DNA from: Candidatus Omnitrophota bacterium
GTDB taxonomy: Bacteria; Omnitrophota; Gorgyraeia; B26-G9
Assembly (NCBI GenBank): GCA_018817165.1
Contig: JAHITY010000088.1
Location: forward strand, 2,866 to 66,865
Length of the DNA: 64,000 nt
Reading direction: 5' to 3'
Part shown: positions 28,385 to 38,086 of the stretch, one piece after another
Position numbering within the stretch: the stretch's first letter is position 1
How the letters are laid out: every line of letters begins with the position of its first letter
Made by a program: the position numbers and the translations under genes
The notes under the pieces: model-generated
The model's database searches: none
What the model was told of the DNA's origin: nothing
Seen by the model: the letters and a program-made list of their open reading frames with translations, nothing else

Positions 28385-31300
28385 TTAAAATCCCTGAATT
28401 TTCCCTCTTAAACTAATTATTTCTTCAGCCATAACAACTTTTTCATCTTCACTTTTTGCTAGGCTATTCTGCACATCTTTAAGTTTTTGTTCAAACTCCT
28501 TTATTGCAACATTCTGCTCTTTCATCTGATCAAAGAGTTTTTGATATTTTTCCATGACTTGCTGTTTTTGAGTAGCTAACTCTTCCATTTGGGCAAGAAC
28601 TTCCTGGGTGGAAGTCGATTTACCTTTAGTTTGATTCTCTAATTCAGTGATTTTTGCTTGAGCCGCAGATAACTGCGCCATTATCTCTTGTCTCTGTAAA
28701 TTTGAAGCTGAAATTTCCGACTGCAATTCAGTCTGAACTCCCTCTTTTTCTTTTAACAAAACTTCCAGGGACTTTAATTTCTCATTCAAAGACTGTAAAT
28801 CAGGGCTATTTTGCTTTAATCTATTCATCTCAGATAACAGAACATTGTTCTTATTCTCAAATTCTTTTTCTGCCTTAGACAGCTCAACAGTTTTAGCATC
28901 AGCAGCAACAAGCTTATTTTTAATATTGTTTAAGTTATCTCGCAAACCCGCTAAATCCTGGTTTTTCTGGTTTAATTCATCCTCTGTTATTTTTAGCTTA
29001 GTTTTCAGGCTATCAAACTCTAAACGTAATGCATTATTTTCATTCAACTGATTCGGCTGTAAATTTTGATTTTTCTTAATATTGAAAATTTCTTGATTTA
29101 AAGCCGCAAGCTCTTTTTCTTGTTTTGCCAACAGTTTTTCTTGCTCCTTACTTTTGGCTTCTAGACTACTTTTCTCTTTACCCAAAAGTTGTTTGTCTGT
29201 CTCCAAAACATCCACTTTAGCAGTTATTGACTTTTCCTTTTGTCCTAGTTCGCTCAGTTGTTTCTGCAGCGCGGTTACTTGATTATTAAGCTCCGCGTTA
29301 GACTGGGTCAGTTCCTTAGTTTTTTCCTGCTTAGTACTAGATTCATTTTGCAGAGTAAGAATTGCACTGTTTTTATTTTTCAATTCAGATTCTATAGCTT
29401 GAATGTCCTGGATTAGCTTCTCATTACTTTTCCGCAAAGAATCATTTTCCGCCACAGATTCTTTATTAGAATTTTTTCTTTTTTCCAAGTCACCATTTTT
29501 TTTAAGCAGTAGCGTCAATTCCCTATCTTTCGCTAAAAGCTGTTCCTGCTGATCTTTATTTGCTGATTCTAATTCATTTCTTTCTTTAGCTATCCGTTTT
29601 ATATCTGTTTCCAAAACATCAAAATTCTTTAAACTTGCCTTCTTATCCAGCTCTAGGACAGTTAGCTGATTATTTAACTCATCTAACTTGTTCTTAAGTT
29701 CGTCATTTAACTTTGCCAGCTGATTACTTTGATCAATCGAGCCCTTAGCTTCTTTTTCCTTTAAAACAATGTCTTTCTCCAATAAACCTACTTTGTTTTC
29801 AATTTTAGCTAATTTTTCATTTTGACCTTTTAATTCTTTATTTTCTGTCTCTAGCTTTTTATTATTATCATTCAAAGCCGTATTAGCTTTTGTTATATCC
29901 TTATAATCAGCACTCAAACTTAAAACTTTCGCTTCAAGATCCGCGCGCTGTTCCTTTATTTTTGCTAACTCATTATTAAGCTTATCATAAGCCGTCTGGC
30001 TATTATTTAAATCTGTTTTCTCCCTTAAGCTAATCGTCTCATTTTCTTTTAAAAGATTTTTGTTTTCATTTTCGAGTAATGAAAAATTCTCATTCAAAGC
30101 AATTATTTGAGCTTCAAGCTCTTTTTTATCTTTTTGAACTTGTTCGAATTGACTGGTAATATCCTGATTCTTTTTATTCAAATTTTCAAGCAAACCATTT
30201 AATTCATTGATCTTTTTTTCTGCTTGCACAGCTGAAAGTGTCTTTTTAGCTAAAACCCCATTTTCTTCTTCCAGCTTTTTTTTATCTATTTCAAGCTGCT
30301 TATTCTTTTCTTTTGCGGCATCTTCTTCTTTTAAAAGCAAAGCAATATCTTTTTCAATGACCTCAAGTTGCTGCTCTTTTTTTCGAATATCTTCATCTTT
30401 CAGCTTCAAAGTCTCCTGCGCCTGTTTCGATTCAGCTTGCACTTTGCTATTTTTTTCAATTTCCAGGTTATAATCAGCTAAGATCTTGTCTTTTTCTTTG
30501 GCAGCGAAATTTTTTTCTTCCTCGAGCTTTTTCGCGTCATTTTTTAAAACCTGATTTTCTTCAATTAAATCCTTATTTTTTTTATTCAAGCCAGACAACT
30601 CAGATTCAATTAATTGAGTTTTCTGAACTTTTTCATCTAAAGCGGCTTGGATGCCTTTATTTTGTTCCTCAAGCTTAACCATCAGCTTCCCGTTTTTTTC
30701 CAACAATTCTTTTTCCGCTAAAATCGCTTCTTTTTCTTTTAATATTTTAGCGTTTTGGCTGTTTAATTCATTAATTTCTTTATCTTTTTTATCGATCATT
30801 TGCTGCTGTTTTACCTGCTCAGAATTTTCCGCGATATTAATCGGCTTAGCAACTGATTCCTCTTGCTGTTTTTCTAGAGCCATAATGATTTGCTCAAGCA
30901 GTTTGTTTTCAAAAACGATTTTTTCTTGCTCATTTGCCTTAGCAGCAACAGCTTCTTCCGCTTTTTTAGCCTCAGCAATTAGTAACTCATATTGCTTATT
31001 TTGCGCTAATGTTTTTTCATTAACTAATTTAAGCTCTTCCTGTAATTTGTTTTTTTCCTGTTTAAGGAGTTCATACTGAGCAAGCTGCTCACGAATCGAC
31101 AATGCCGGTTTAGCTGCCCCTGCTTCCTCATCCTTTTTGGCTCCAAATAGTCCCCCTAAAAAAGTAGTCTCAGTAGCGGCAGGCTTTATAATCACATCTT
31201 TCTTTTGATAAAGGTCAATCAACTCTTCTTTTACAGCAGCCAATTCTTCGGACAATGATTTTTTTTCAACCTTAATATCTTCGATCAATACCTGATTTTG

Positions 31301-31741
31301 CTTTAAGTCTTCATCTTTATTCATTAATAAAAGTTCTAATTGCTTTATCTTTTTGTTAAGCCCATCTGTCGGCTGAGGTTTCTTTTTTAATCTCGCATTA
31401 ACCTTTTCAAACTTATCTTCAACTTCTTTTTTTTCTTTTTTAATTCTTTTAATTTCTTGTTTCAATAATTCATTTTCTTCCGAAAGTTCAGTTGGATTAC
31501 TTAATGATTTATCTATTCCCGGACTTTTCTCAACAATATTATCTGCCGAACGCAAAGCCTGTCTTGCTTTTTCAAACTCAGCCTGAGCCTCCTTATATTT
31601 ACCCTGTTTAAACAATTCCTGAGCACGGATATAATGCTTATCATATTCCTGCGAATACGCTTCACTCAAGCTACAAAACAAAAGCCCAAAAATTAAAATT
31701 GAAACATTAAATATAACGTTTATTTTTTTAAAGGCATACAT
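28385..31741 (-). CDS. Giant (1118 aa) low-complexity coiled-coil protein with an N-terminal signal or transmembrane segment and one TPR-like unit
   Basis: K/E/L/N/Q-rich heptad-like sequence throughout. The N-terminus is MYAFKKINVIFNVSILIFGLLFCSLSEA. Confidence 0.55.
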   Translation of the reverse strand: MYAFKKINVIFNVSILIFGLLFCSLSEAYSQEYDKHYIRAQELFKQGKYKEAQAEFEKARQALRSADNIVEKSPGIDKSLSNPTELSEENELLKQEIKRIKKEKKEVEDKFEKVNARLKKKPQPTDGLNKKIKQLELLLMNKDEDLKQNQVLIEDIKVEKKSLSEELAAVKEELIDLYQKKDVIIKPAATETTFLGGLFGAKKDEEAGAAKPALSIREQLAQYELLKQEKNKLQEELKLVNEKTLAQNKQYELLIAEAKKAEEAVAAKANEQEKIVFENKLLEQIIMALEKQQEESVAKPINIAENSEQVKQQQMIDKKDKEINELNSQNAKILKEKEAILAEKELLEKNGKLMVKLEEQNKGIQAALDEKVQKTQLIESELSGLNKKNKDLIEENQVLKNDAKKLEEEKNFAAKEKDKILADYNLEIEKNSKVQAESKQAQETLKLKDEDIRKKEQQLEVIEKDIALLLKEEDAAKEKNKQLEIDKKKLEEENGVLAKKTLSAVQAEKKINELNGLLENLNKKNQDITSQFEQVQKDKKELEAQIIALNENFSLLENENKNLLKENETISLREKTDLNNSQTAYDKLNNELAKIKEQRADLEAKVLSLSADYKDITKANTALNDNNKKLETENKELKGQNEKLAKIENKVGLLEKDIVLKEKEAKGSIDQSNQLAKLNDELKNKLDELNNQLTVLELDKKASLKNFDVLETDIKRIAKERNELESANKDQQEQLLAKDRELTLLLKKNGDLEKRKNSNKESVAENDSLRKSNEKLIQDIQAIESELKNKNSAILTLQNESSTKQEKTKELTQSNAELNNQVTALQKQLSELGQKEKSITAKVDVLETDKQLLGKEKSSLEAKSKEQEKLLAKQEKELAALNQEIFNIKKNQNLQPNQLNENNALRLEFDSLKTKLKITEDELNQKNQDLAGLRDNLNNIKNKLVAADAKTVELSKAEKEFENKNNVLLSEMNRLKQNSPDLQSLNEKLKSLEVLLKEKEGVQTELQSEISASNLQRQEIMAQLSAAQAKITELENQTKGKSTSTQEVLAQMEELATQKQQVMEKYQKLFDQMKEQNVAIKEFEQKLKDVQNSLAKSEDEKVVMAEEIISLRGKIQGF

Positions 31742-31758
31742 GTTAACCCCCTACAAAA

Positions 31759-33447
31759 TCAATTCCCCATTAATAGTTCTATTTCTTTCTTCAACCTATC
31801 AGCCTTGAGCTTATCTTCCGAATTGTTTGGCTGATTTTTGAATTGGTCAACCATGTTTTCTTGCAAAGTAATATTTAGCTGAGTTGAGCGGGTAAGGTCA
31901 TCCATTGTTATTCTTTGGCGCTCCTGCATATCAACCAGCTCCTGCTGTTTCCTCTTAAATTCTGCCTGCAAAATCGCCAGCTCATTTTTCAAACTTAGGA
32001 TATCTTGATTCTTATTAAAAATTTCTTCTTCCCTTCGAGCTAAAAGTTCGCTAGTTTGCAGCATTTGATTCTTTAAATTGGCATAAAGCATATTGGCGTC
32101 TTTAAATTCCTTATCTTGATAAAGACCACGTTCTTCCAGCGTTTTTTTCGCCATTGCTAATGCTGCCAATTCTTCATCTTTACGCCTTAAAGCTTCTTCC
32201 TTATACGAAAGCGAATCATTTAGCATTTTAATTCTATCTTTAAGCAAAACATATTGCCTGGCTTCAGTAGCCCCTTCCGGCAAAGACAAACTGGTGCCTT
32301 TTTGAATCGTTTTTTCTAATTCATTGATTCTTTGCTTTGAAGTTTCCAATTCAACTTCTTTACTCATCAATAACTCAGAGAACTTAACAACTTGCGCTTT
32401 AGCTGTATCATAAAGCACGTAAGCTCTATTTAAATCAGCATCCGTTTTCCCGGATTTTAATGGAATTTCACTTAGAACTGTTAATTCAGGAGATGGGCTC
32501 TGATCTTTTTTTAAGGCACTGATCATTTTTTCTTGTTCCGTTAGCTTTTGCTCAGCTTTTGCTAATTCCGCTTCCACTTGATCTCTTTCAGCTTCAATTT
32601 TCTTAATATTTCGCGCTTTTCTCTGTATATCTAATAATTCCTGCTCAAGACTCGCGATACGTTCACTTTGCTGATTAAGCTTTTCATTTATTTTAGTCCG
32701 CGCATTGGCATAACGCACAACTTCTTTGTTTAGCAAGCTTCGCTGCTCTTCTTTATCTTTCAGCTGATTGTGTAATTCAGCAATTTGTGATTTCAGCTTA
32801 TCACTAGGAGATTGATCTGAGAGTTTTACAGCCTGCTCTAATTTATTTTCCAGCTTTTTCTGATCGCTTTCCATCTTTCCAATCTTTTTTTCTAAAACTT
32901 TTTTTTCTTTATTGGAATCTGAATTTTTCTGAACAAGCTTTTTAATCTCCCCATCTTTTTCTTTAAGCAATTCGCTGTTTTTTTCTATTTTCGCTAAATA
33001 AGCTAAAATAGTCTTATCACTTTTAGCCGCGCTTAACTCTTGTTTGACCATTTTAAGATTTTCCAGGGTTTGAGTAAACTCTCGAGTAAGAGATGTTACC
33101 CTGCTATTTAAAGAGAGATTGGATTGTTGCAGAGTATTTCTTTCTTGCTCGATTTTTAAATAAGATTCATCCAGTGTTTTTAATCTTTTTTCAGTTACAT
33201 CATACTTTTCTTTTATATTTTTTATCTCTGCCAATCCCGCCAACTCTTTTTTAAGTAAAACAATAAGTTTCTCTTCTTCAAGTTTCTGCTGTAAAAGATC
33301 TTCCTTTTCCCGAGCTAATACATCGGATCTTGCCGCGAGTATTTCCGCTCTATTCTTTGTTTCTACAAATCTTAACGCGAAAAAAATAGTTCCACATGCG
33401 ATAATGATTAATAAAAAAATCGAAAATATTTTCAGAAACTTATCCAT
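31759..33447 (-). CDS. Membrane-anchored coiled-coil protein (562 aa)
   Basis: An N-terminal transmembrane segment followed by a long coiled coil. Confidence 0.5.
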   Translation of the reverse strand: MDKFLKIFSIFLLIIIACGTIFFALRFVETKNRAEILAARSDVLAREKEDLLQQKLEEEKLIVLLKKELAGLAEIKNIKEKYDVTEKRLKTLDESYLKIEQERNTLQQSNLSLNSRVTSLTREFTQTLENLKMVKQELSAAKSDKTILAYLAKIEKNSELLKEKDGEIKKLVQKNSDSNKEKKVLEKKIGKMESDQKKLENKLEQAVKLSDQSPSDKLKSQIAELHNQLKDKEEQRSLLNKEVVRYANARTKINEKLNQQSERIASLEQELLDIQRKARNIKKIEAERDQVEAELAKAEQKLTEQEKMISALKKDQSPSPELTVLSEIPLKSGKTDADLNRAYVLYDTAKAQVVKFSELLMSKEVELETSKQRINELEKTIQKGTSLSLPEGATEARQYVLLKDRIKMLNDSLSYKEEALRRKDEELAALAMAKKTLEERGLYQDKEFKDANMLYANLKNQMLQTSELLARREEEIFNKNQDILSLKNELAILQAEFKRKQQELVDMQERQRITMDDLTRSTQLNITLQENMVDQFKNQPNNSEDKLKADRLKKEIELLMGN

Positions 33448-33457
33448 TGACTTTCTC

Positions 33458-34609
33458 TTATTTTAGGTTGCCGTCATTATAAACATCAAGAATATATACA
33501 GAAAAATTTTTACTCAAATCAATTTGCTTTGCCTGAAGCAATTTTTGCCCATGCGCGTCATACGTAACTTTAATAATCGGCCTGAGCGGCATTTTTTGAT
33601 TTTGACCAATAATTTCAGCAATTTCTTTAGTATTTAATTTAACCACACTCATTAAAGGATATATCCCGATCTCATCAATCAAAGTCTTGAGGAACTTGCT
33701 TTCAAATTTAGCTTTATCGCGCAAAAGCTCTTTTATTACCTTAAGATATCCTAGCTTTTTTCTATAAGGCCTTGAATGCATCATTGCTTCATAAACATCA
33801 GCCATTCCTATTAGTCTGGCATACTCACATATTTCTTTATCTTTAAGACCATAGGGATAGCCTGATCCGTCAATCCGTTCATGTCCCTGGTGAATAACAT
33901 CGAAAATTTCAAAATTCAAATCCTGCGCTATTTTTTTTAAAATATCCTTACCGATAATCGGATGCTTTTTCACTTCCAAATAATCATTATCGCTAAACCG
34001 CGCGGGACGACTAATCAGATTATCAAAATTCATAATACCAATATCATGAACCAAGGCTGCTAATCCAATTTGCTTAAGCCGCGTATTGTCATAATTTAAG
34101 GCCATTGCTAACCGTAAGCAAAGTATGCAGACATTTACTGAATTCTGATAAATATATCCTTTTTCGAAAGAATATTCCGCGAAAAACAATCTCATCAGCT
34201 GATTAGCATCTGCTGAAAGCAAAGCGATAAATTGATCCACAACATAATCGGCAACAATAAATGACCCGTTTTGAGCGTTATCCAGCGGATTCATTATTCC
34301 TTGAACAAAAGCAATTGCCTTGGCATAAGCAGCAATTGCCTGTTCGCTTTCAACACTGACTACATTAACATCACTCTTATAAATTGTATGATATTTTTCT
34401 TTCTCCGCGGCAAGCTGCGGCTGCTGTTCTATTTCCGTTTCTAAAAGATCATTCGCCGTTTCTTCAGGTAATATTTCAGGCTTTTTTTCTGGCATTTGCG
34501 AAGGGGATAAAGGCTGCTTAAAAGCAGACGGCTCATTTACTTGAGCCTTGGATTCTTTAATCTGCTTATTTTTTTTTGCCTTTTTTAAAATATCGGATAT
34601 TTTTAGCAT
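33458..34609 (-). CDS. HD-GYP domain c-di-GMP phosphodiesterase (stand-alone, no receiver)
   Basis: Carries HDIG and HERIDGSGYP. Confidence 0.75.
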   Translation of the reverse strand: MLKISDILKKAKKNKQIKESKAQVNEPSAFKQPLSPSQMPEKKPEILPEETANDLLETEIEQQPQLAAEKEKYHTIYKSDVNVVSVESEQAIAAYAKAIAFVQGIMNPLDNAQNGSFIVADYVVDQFIALLSADANQLMRLFFAEYSFEKGYIYQNSVNVCILCLRLAMALNYDNTRLKQIGLAALVHDIGIMNFDNLISRPARFSDNDYLEVKKHPIIGKDILKKIAQDLNFEIFDVIHQGHERIDGSGYPYGLKDKEICEYARLIGMADVYEAMMHSRPYRKKLGYLKVIKELLRDKAKFESKFLKTLIDEIGIYPLMSVVKLNTKEIAEIIGQNQKMPLRPIIKVTYDAHGQKLLQAKQIDLSKNFSVYILDVYNDGNLK

Positions 34610-34646
34610 TATTTATTTTCAGTCTGTTTTTTTAAAAACATCTTAA

Positions 34647-35267
34647 TTATTTAGTTACAGGCATCTTTTCTTTACTGATAAATGTAAATGACTCTGACTC
34701 ACCAGGAGATTTCTGCTTACTTAAAACTCCCCGCATTTCAGTCATATCCTCATTCATTTCACCTCGCCAAAAGATCACTTGACCATCATCAGCACTTTGC
34801 ATGGTTTCCCAAATAATCATCCCATCGTCTTTGAGCGTTAAGGTATAATTAGTCGACATAAAACCATTTTGCTTAAATTGTTCAGCATAAAATTTATTAT
34901 CGCTAAATACAAGTGCTTCTTTCTGAATTTTTCCACCACCAGCAATAGGAAAAATTTCCGTATCCCAACTTGTATTATCTAATTTTAAGCGAACTTTTTC
35001 ACGCGACAGCTTAACATCTGATTTAATAGTAGCATCTTTCTCTTTATTTGCTTTAATAACTTGTTTTTCTTGAATCGGCAGTTTTACTTCTTTTTGCTCA
35101 ATAACTTTTTTTTCAGTAATTACTTCTACTTTTTCCTGTTTGACTTCTTTTTGCGTTTCTTTAACTTCAGGTGCTGCGGTCTTTTTCTTTCCCCATGCTT
35201 GCGCATTTTGCACGCTAAACATTACAAATACTGCAATCAATACCAAAAGCCCTACATTTTTTCTCAT
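34647..35267 (-). CDS. Secreted hypothetical protein
   Basis: A signal peptide MRKNVGLLVLIAVFVMFSVQNAQA and a K/E-rich linker. Confidence 0.45.
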   Translation of the reverse strand: MRKNVGLLVLIAVFVMFSVQNAQAWGKKKTAAPEVKETQKEVKQEKVEVITEKKVIEQKEVKLPIQEKQVIKANKEKDATIKSDVKLSREKVRLKLDNTSWDTEIFPIAGGGKIQKEALVFSDNKFYAEQFKQNGFMSTNYTLTLKDDGMIIWETMQSADDGQVIFWRGEMNEDMTEMRGVLSKQKSPGESESFTFISKEKMPVTK

Positions 35268-35290
35268 ACTTCCTCCTTTTTAAATAAAGT

Positions 35291-36265
35291 TTATTTAGAA
35301 CTAGATTTTCCTTCCCAAGTCTGCCATGTAAGAATATACTTTTTAACCCAATCCACGTCCTGATCTTCCTTCTTGGTTAACATTAAAAACTTCTGAAATC
35401 TATCTATCGCTTTTGCTCTATCCTCAAACTGCTCAGCATAAATAAGCCCTAAATTAAAATAAGCCTGCGGATCTTCCGGATTCAGTTCAATCGCCTTTTC
35501 AAACTCAGGAATTGCTCGGGTATATTCCTTTTTTTCGGAATAAAAAACCCCCAAGTTATAATGCATCAATGCTGTACGTTTTAACAAAATTTTATTTTCG
35601 CGAGCGATCTCCGCGTATTCTTTAGGCAAACGATTAATTTTATTTTCTAGCTTCTTATTTGTCGTAACCGATTTCTTATATTTACTCTTAACTTCTTTTA
35701 CTTGATTCCTTAAAACATCTGCCGTGGCTTCGGCTTTAGCGATTTGATCAGATGCCGAGTCGACTTCTTTTTGCATTTTCTTAAGATTATTTTCTGAGCG
35801 GGATATCTCTTTTTCCTGCTCTTTTATTTTTTTATTCAAATCATCAACAATGATATACCCGGCTTTTGATTTAGAAAGAGTCTTTCTCATTTCATCTCTT
35901 TCTGACTGAACTTGAAACAAATCCGCCTGTAAATTGTCTAATTTACTAACCAAATGATCATTAACTGATTGGAGTCTTTTGTTTGCGCTTATATTTGTTT
36001 CTTTTTCCAGTTCCCACTGCGCCCGTTCTTGTTCGACTAAACTTAATTGCTGTTTTGCCTGAGTTATTTCATTTTTATACTGCAATAAAATTTTCATCTG
36101 CGCAAGCAGATTTTCCCGGTCCTTAATAACAGCATCATACTCTTTTTTTAATTTACTAAAATCTTTATTGTCCAAAGATTCAACCTGAGCCTGCCCCAAA
36201 GCCATTGAAGGTAAAAACAACATCACGCAAAAAAACACAAGCTTAATTGATTTCATTTTATTCAT
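35291..36265 (-). CDS. Secreted coiled-coil protein with C-terminal TPR repeats (PilF/MshN-like candidate secretin partner), paralog 2
   Basis: A signal peptide, a coiled coil, then a C-terminal TPR block (HYNLGVFYSEKKEYTRAIPEFEKAIELNPEDPQAYFNLGLIY). Confidence 0.55.
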   Translation of the reverse strand: MNKMKSIKLVFFCVMLFLPSMALGQAQVESLDNKDFSKLKKEYDAVIKDRENLLAQMKILLQYKNEITQAKQQLSLVEQERAQWELEKETNISANKRLQSVNDHLVSKLDNLQADLFQVQSERDEMRKTLSKSKAGYIIVDDLNKKIKEQEKEISRSENNLKKMQKEVDSASDQIAKAEATADVLRNQVKEVKSKYKKSVTTNKKLENKINRLPKEYAEIARENKILLKRTALMHYNLGVFYSEKKEYTRAIPEFEKAIELNPEDPQAYFNLGLIYAEQFEDRAKAIDRFQKFLMLTKKEDQDVDWVKKYILTWQTWEGKSSSK

Positions 36266-38075
36266 CCTTTAAAGGTTTTATGGTTGGATAATATTCCTCA
36301 ATATTCTTATATTCAGGATATTCCTGATAAAGCTTTGGTTTTATTTCATAATTTTTTTCAAACTCAGTTAAATCAGATTCCGTAGTCATTGAATTATAGT
36401 CCTTATATCCTTTGCCTTGCTCAACTCCAAAATCTCTATTATTACCTGTATCGATTTTATCGCCGTCAATAATATGGGCAGTAACCATGATCAGCAGTTC
36501 ACTGCGGGTAGTCCCTTTGCTCCCGGATTTAAACAACATACCCAGAATTGGAATTTTGCCTAAAAACGGAACTTCTTGTGATGTATCTGTTTTTTCTTCC
36601 TTACGCAAACCACCAACAGCGACAGTTGCTCCATCTTTTATCATTACAGTTGTTTCAGCGGTTGAAGTATCGACAATCGGAATCCGATTGTTCTGCGCTG
36701 TCAATAATGTACCGATTACACTGCTTAAATCCGGCTTTATTTTTAAGGTAACATAACCTTCATCATTTATTGTCGGGGTAATATGCAACTGCAACCCCAC
36801 ATCTAAAAAAGTCACTTCTTCAGAAACAGTTGTGGTTGTCTGACCAGCAGTTGTGGTTGTCGTAATATAAGCCTGTCTTTCGCCGACATGAATACGCGCT
36901 TCCTGATTATTTGTCACTGCCAGCTTAGGATTTGACAAAATCTTAACTTCTCCCAATGTCTGTAAATATTTCAGCATTACATCATAATCATGATTGCCAA
37001 CTACTCCAATATGCATTTCGCTTGTCCCCACACTGGGAACACTTGACGCGTAATCAGAAGTCGTTCCGCTAAAAGGATATGATCCTATATTACCAGTATC
37101 AGTTAAAACCTCCTGCCGAGAACGCCAGGCCGCTGTGGTACTGTTTACAGAGGCCAAAGGGGTTGAGCCCAGATAAGTAGTATTACCATCTTTTTGCGAT
37201 AATTCAAACAGACCTTCCCACGCGACTCCTTGACTTAAAGCATCAGTCAGCTTTATTTGAATTATTGTAGACTCAATCAAAACTTCTCTTGTTTTCTGAT
37301 CAAGCTTAGCAATAATCGCCTGAATATCTTTCATTCTTTCCGGAAGGGTTTGTACAACCAGCTGATTTGTCCGTTCATCGGCTTTTATCGAGCCGACTTT
37401 TTTCATATCCAGCTGTGTTTTTAACTGCTTGGCAATATCCCCGGCATTCGCGTATTGCAAATTAAAAACCTGTACCGTACTCTTATGCTCAAGCAATCCT
37501 ATTGTTTCTTCCACTTCCGCTATTTTCTCTGGGGTATCCAGGATTAAAATAGTCCCGGAATCAGCCTCCACCAATACTTTGCCAATTGAACTCTTTATTG
37601 AATCAATTATTGTATATGCTTGCTCAGGAATAACATATTTTAAATGAAAAACTTTTACCTGGCGAATATCATCAAAACCTTTTCCATAACGCTGCGTATA
37701 TTCTTTTTCAGTCATTACATTGTATATTGAACCTATTTTTTCATAAGCTAAACTATTTGATCTTATAACAATCTCAAAAATATCTTCTACTGCCGCATTG
37801 TTTATCATCAAAGTAATCCGACCTGAGACATCTTTTGTCGGCACAATATTTAAATTCGCTTTTTGAGCAATATATTTAAGCGCGTCTTTAACTTCAATAT
37901 CACGCAAATCCAAAGAAATCAACTCTTTAGCTACCATGAGATTAGAAACAGAAGAACCATTCACTGTTGATAATGAAACATATTCACCATCAGCGAAGAC
38001 TGTTTCTACAGCACATAATATTGTAACTGCGAAACACCAAATAGTCAAAAATATAATAAAAATAAATTGCTTCAT
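36258..38075 (-). CDS. Secretin (GspD/PilQ/MshL family), paralog 2. The likely start is M14 of the track ORF.
   Basis: Secretin_N repeats and a secretin C-domain (LSNPKLAVTNNQEARIHVG, IPIVDTSTAETTVMIKDGATVAVGGL, VPFLGKIPILGMLF). Confidence 0.85.
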   Translation of the reverse strand: MKQFIFIIFLTIWCFAVTILCAVETVFADGEYVSLSTVNGSSVSNLMVAKELISLDLRDIEVKDALKYIAQKANLNIVPTKDVSGRITLMINNAAVEDIFEIVIRSNSLAYEKIGSIYNVMTEKEYTQRYGKGFDDIRQVKVFHLKYVIPEQAYTIIDSIKSSIGKVLVEADSGTILILDTPEKIAEVEETIGLLEHKSTVQVFNLQYANAGDIAKQLKTQLDMKKVGSIKADERTNQLVVQTLPERMKDIQAIIAKLDQKTREVLIESTIIQIKLTDALSQGVAWEGLFELSQKDGNTTYLGSTPLASVNSTTAAWRSRQEVLTDTGNIGSYPFSGTTSDYASSVPSVGTSEMHIGVVGNHDYDVMLKYLQTLGEVKILSNPKLAVTNNQEARIHVGERQAYITTTTTAGQTTTTVSEEVTFLDVGLQLHITPTINDEGYVTLKIKPDLSSVIGTLLTAQNNRIPIVDTSTAETTVMIKDGATVAVGGLRKEEKTDTSQEVPFLGKIPILGMLFKSGSKGTTRSELLIMVTAHIIDGDKIDTGNNRDFGVEQGKGYKDYNSMTTESDLTEFEKNYEIKPKLYQEYPEYKNIEEYYPTIKPLKDE

Positions 38076-38086
38076 TTGTATAATAA

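Noticed and set aside
20398-31079. Plus-strand ORFs embedded in large minus-strand genes (for example 20398..20733, 23099..23494, 24815..25135, 30207..30473 and 30651..31079)
   Set aside because: They are antisense to well-supported genes (AAK, radical SAM, anti-sigma and the coiled-coil giant). Their Ser/Phe/Leu-rich composition is typical of reverse-strand artefacts.
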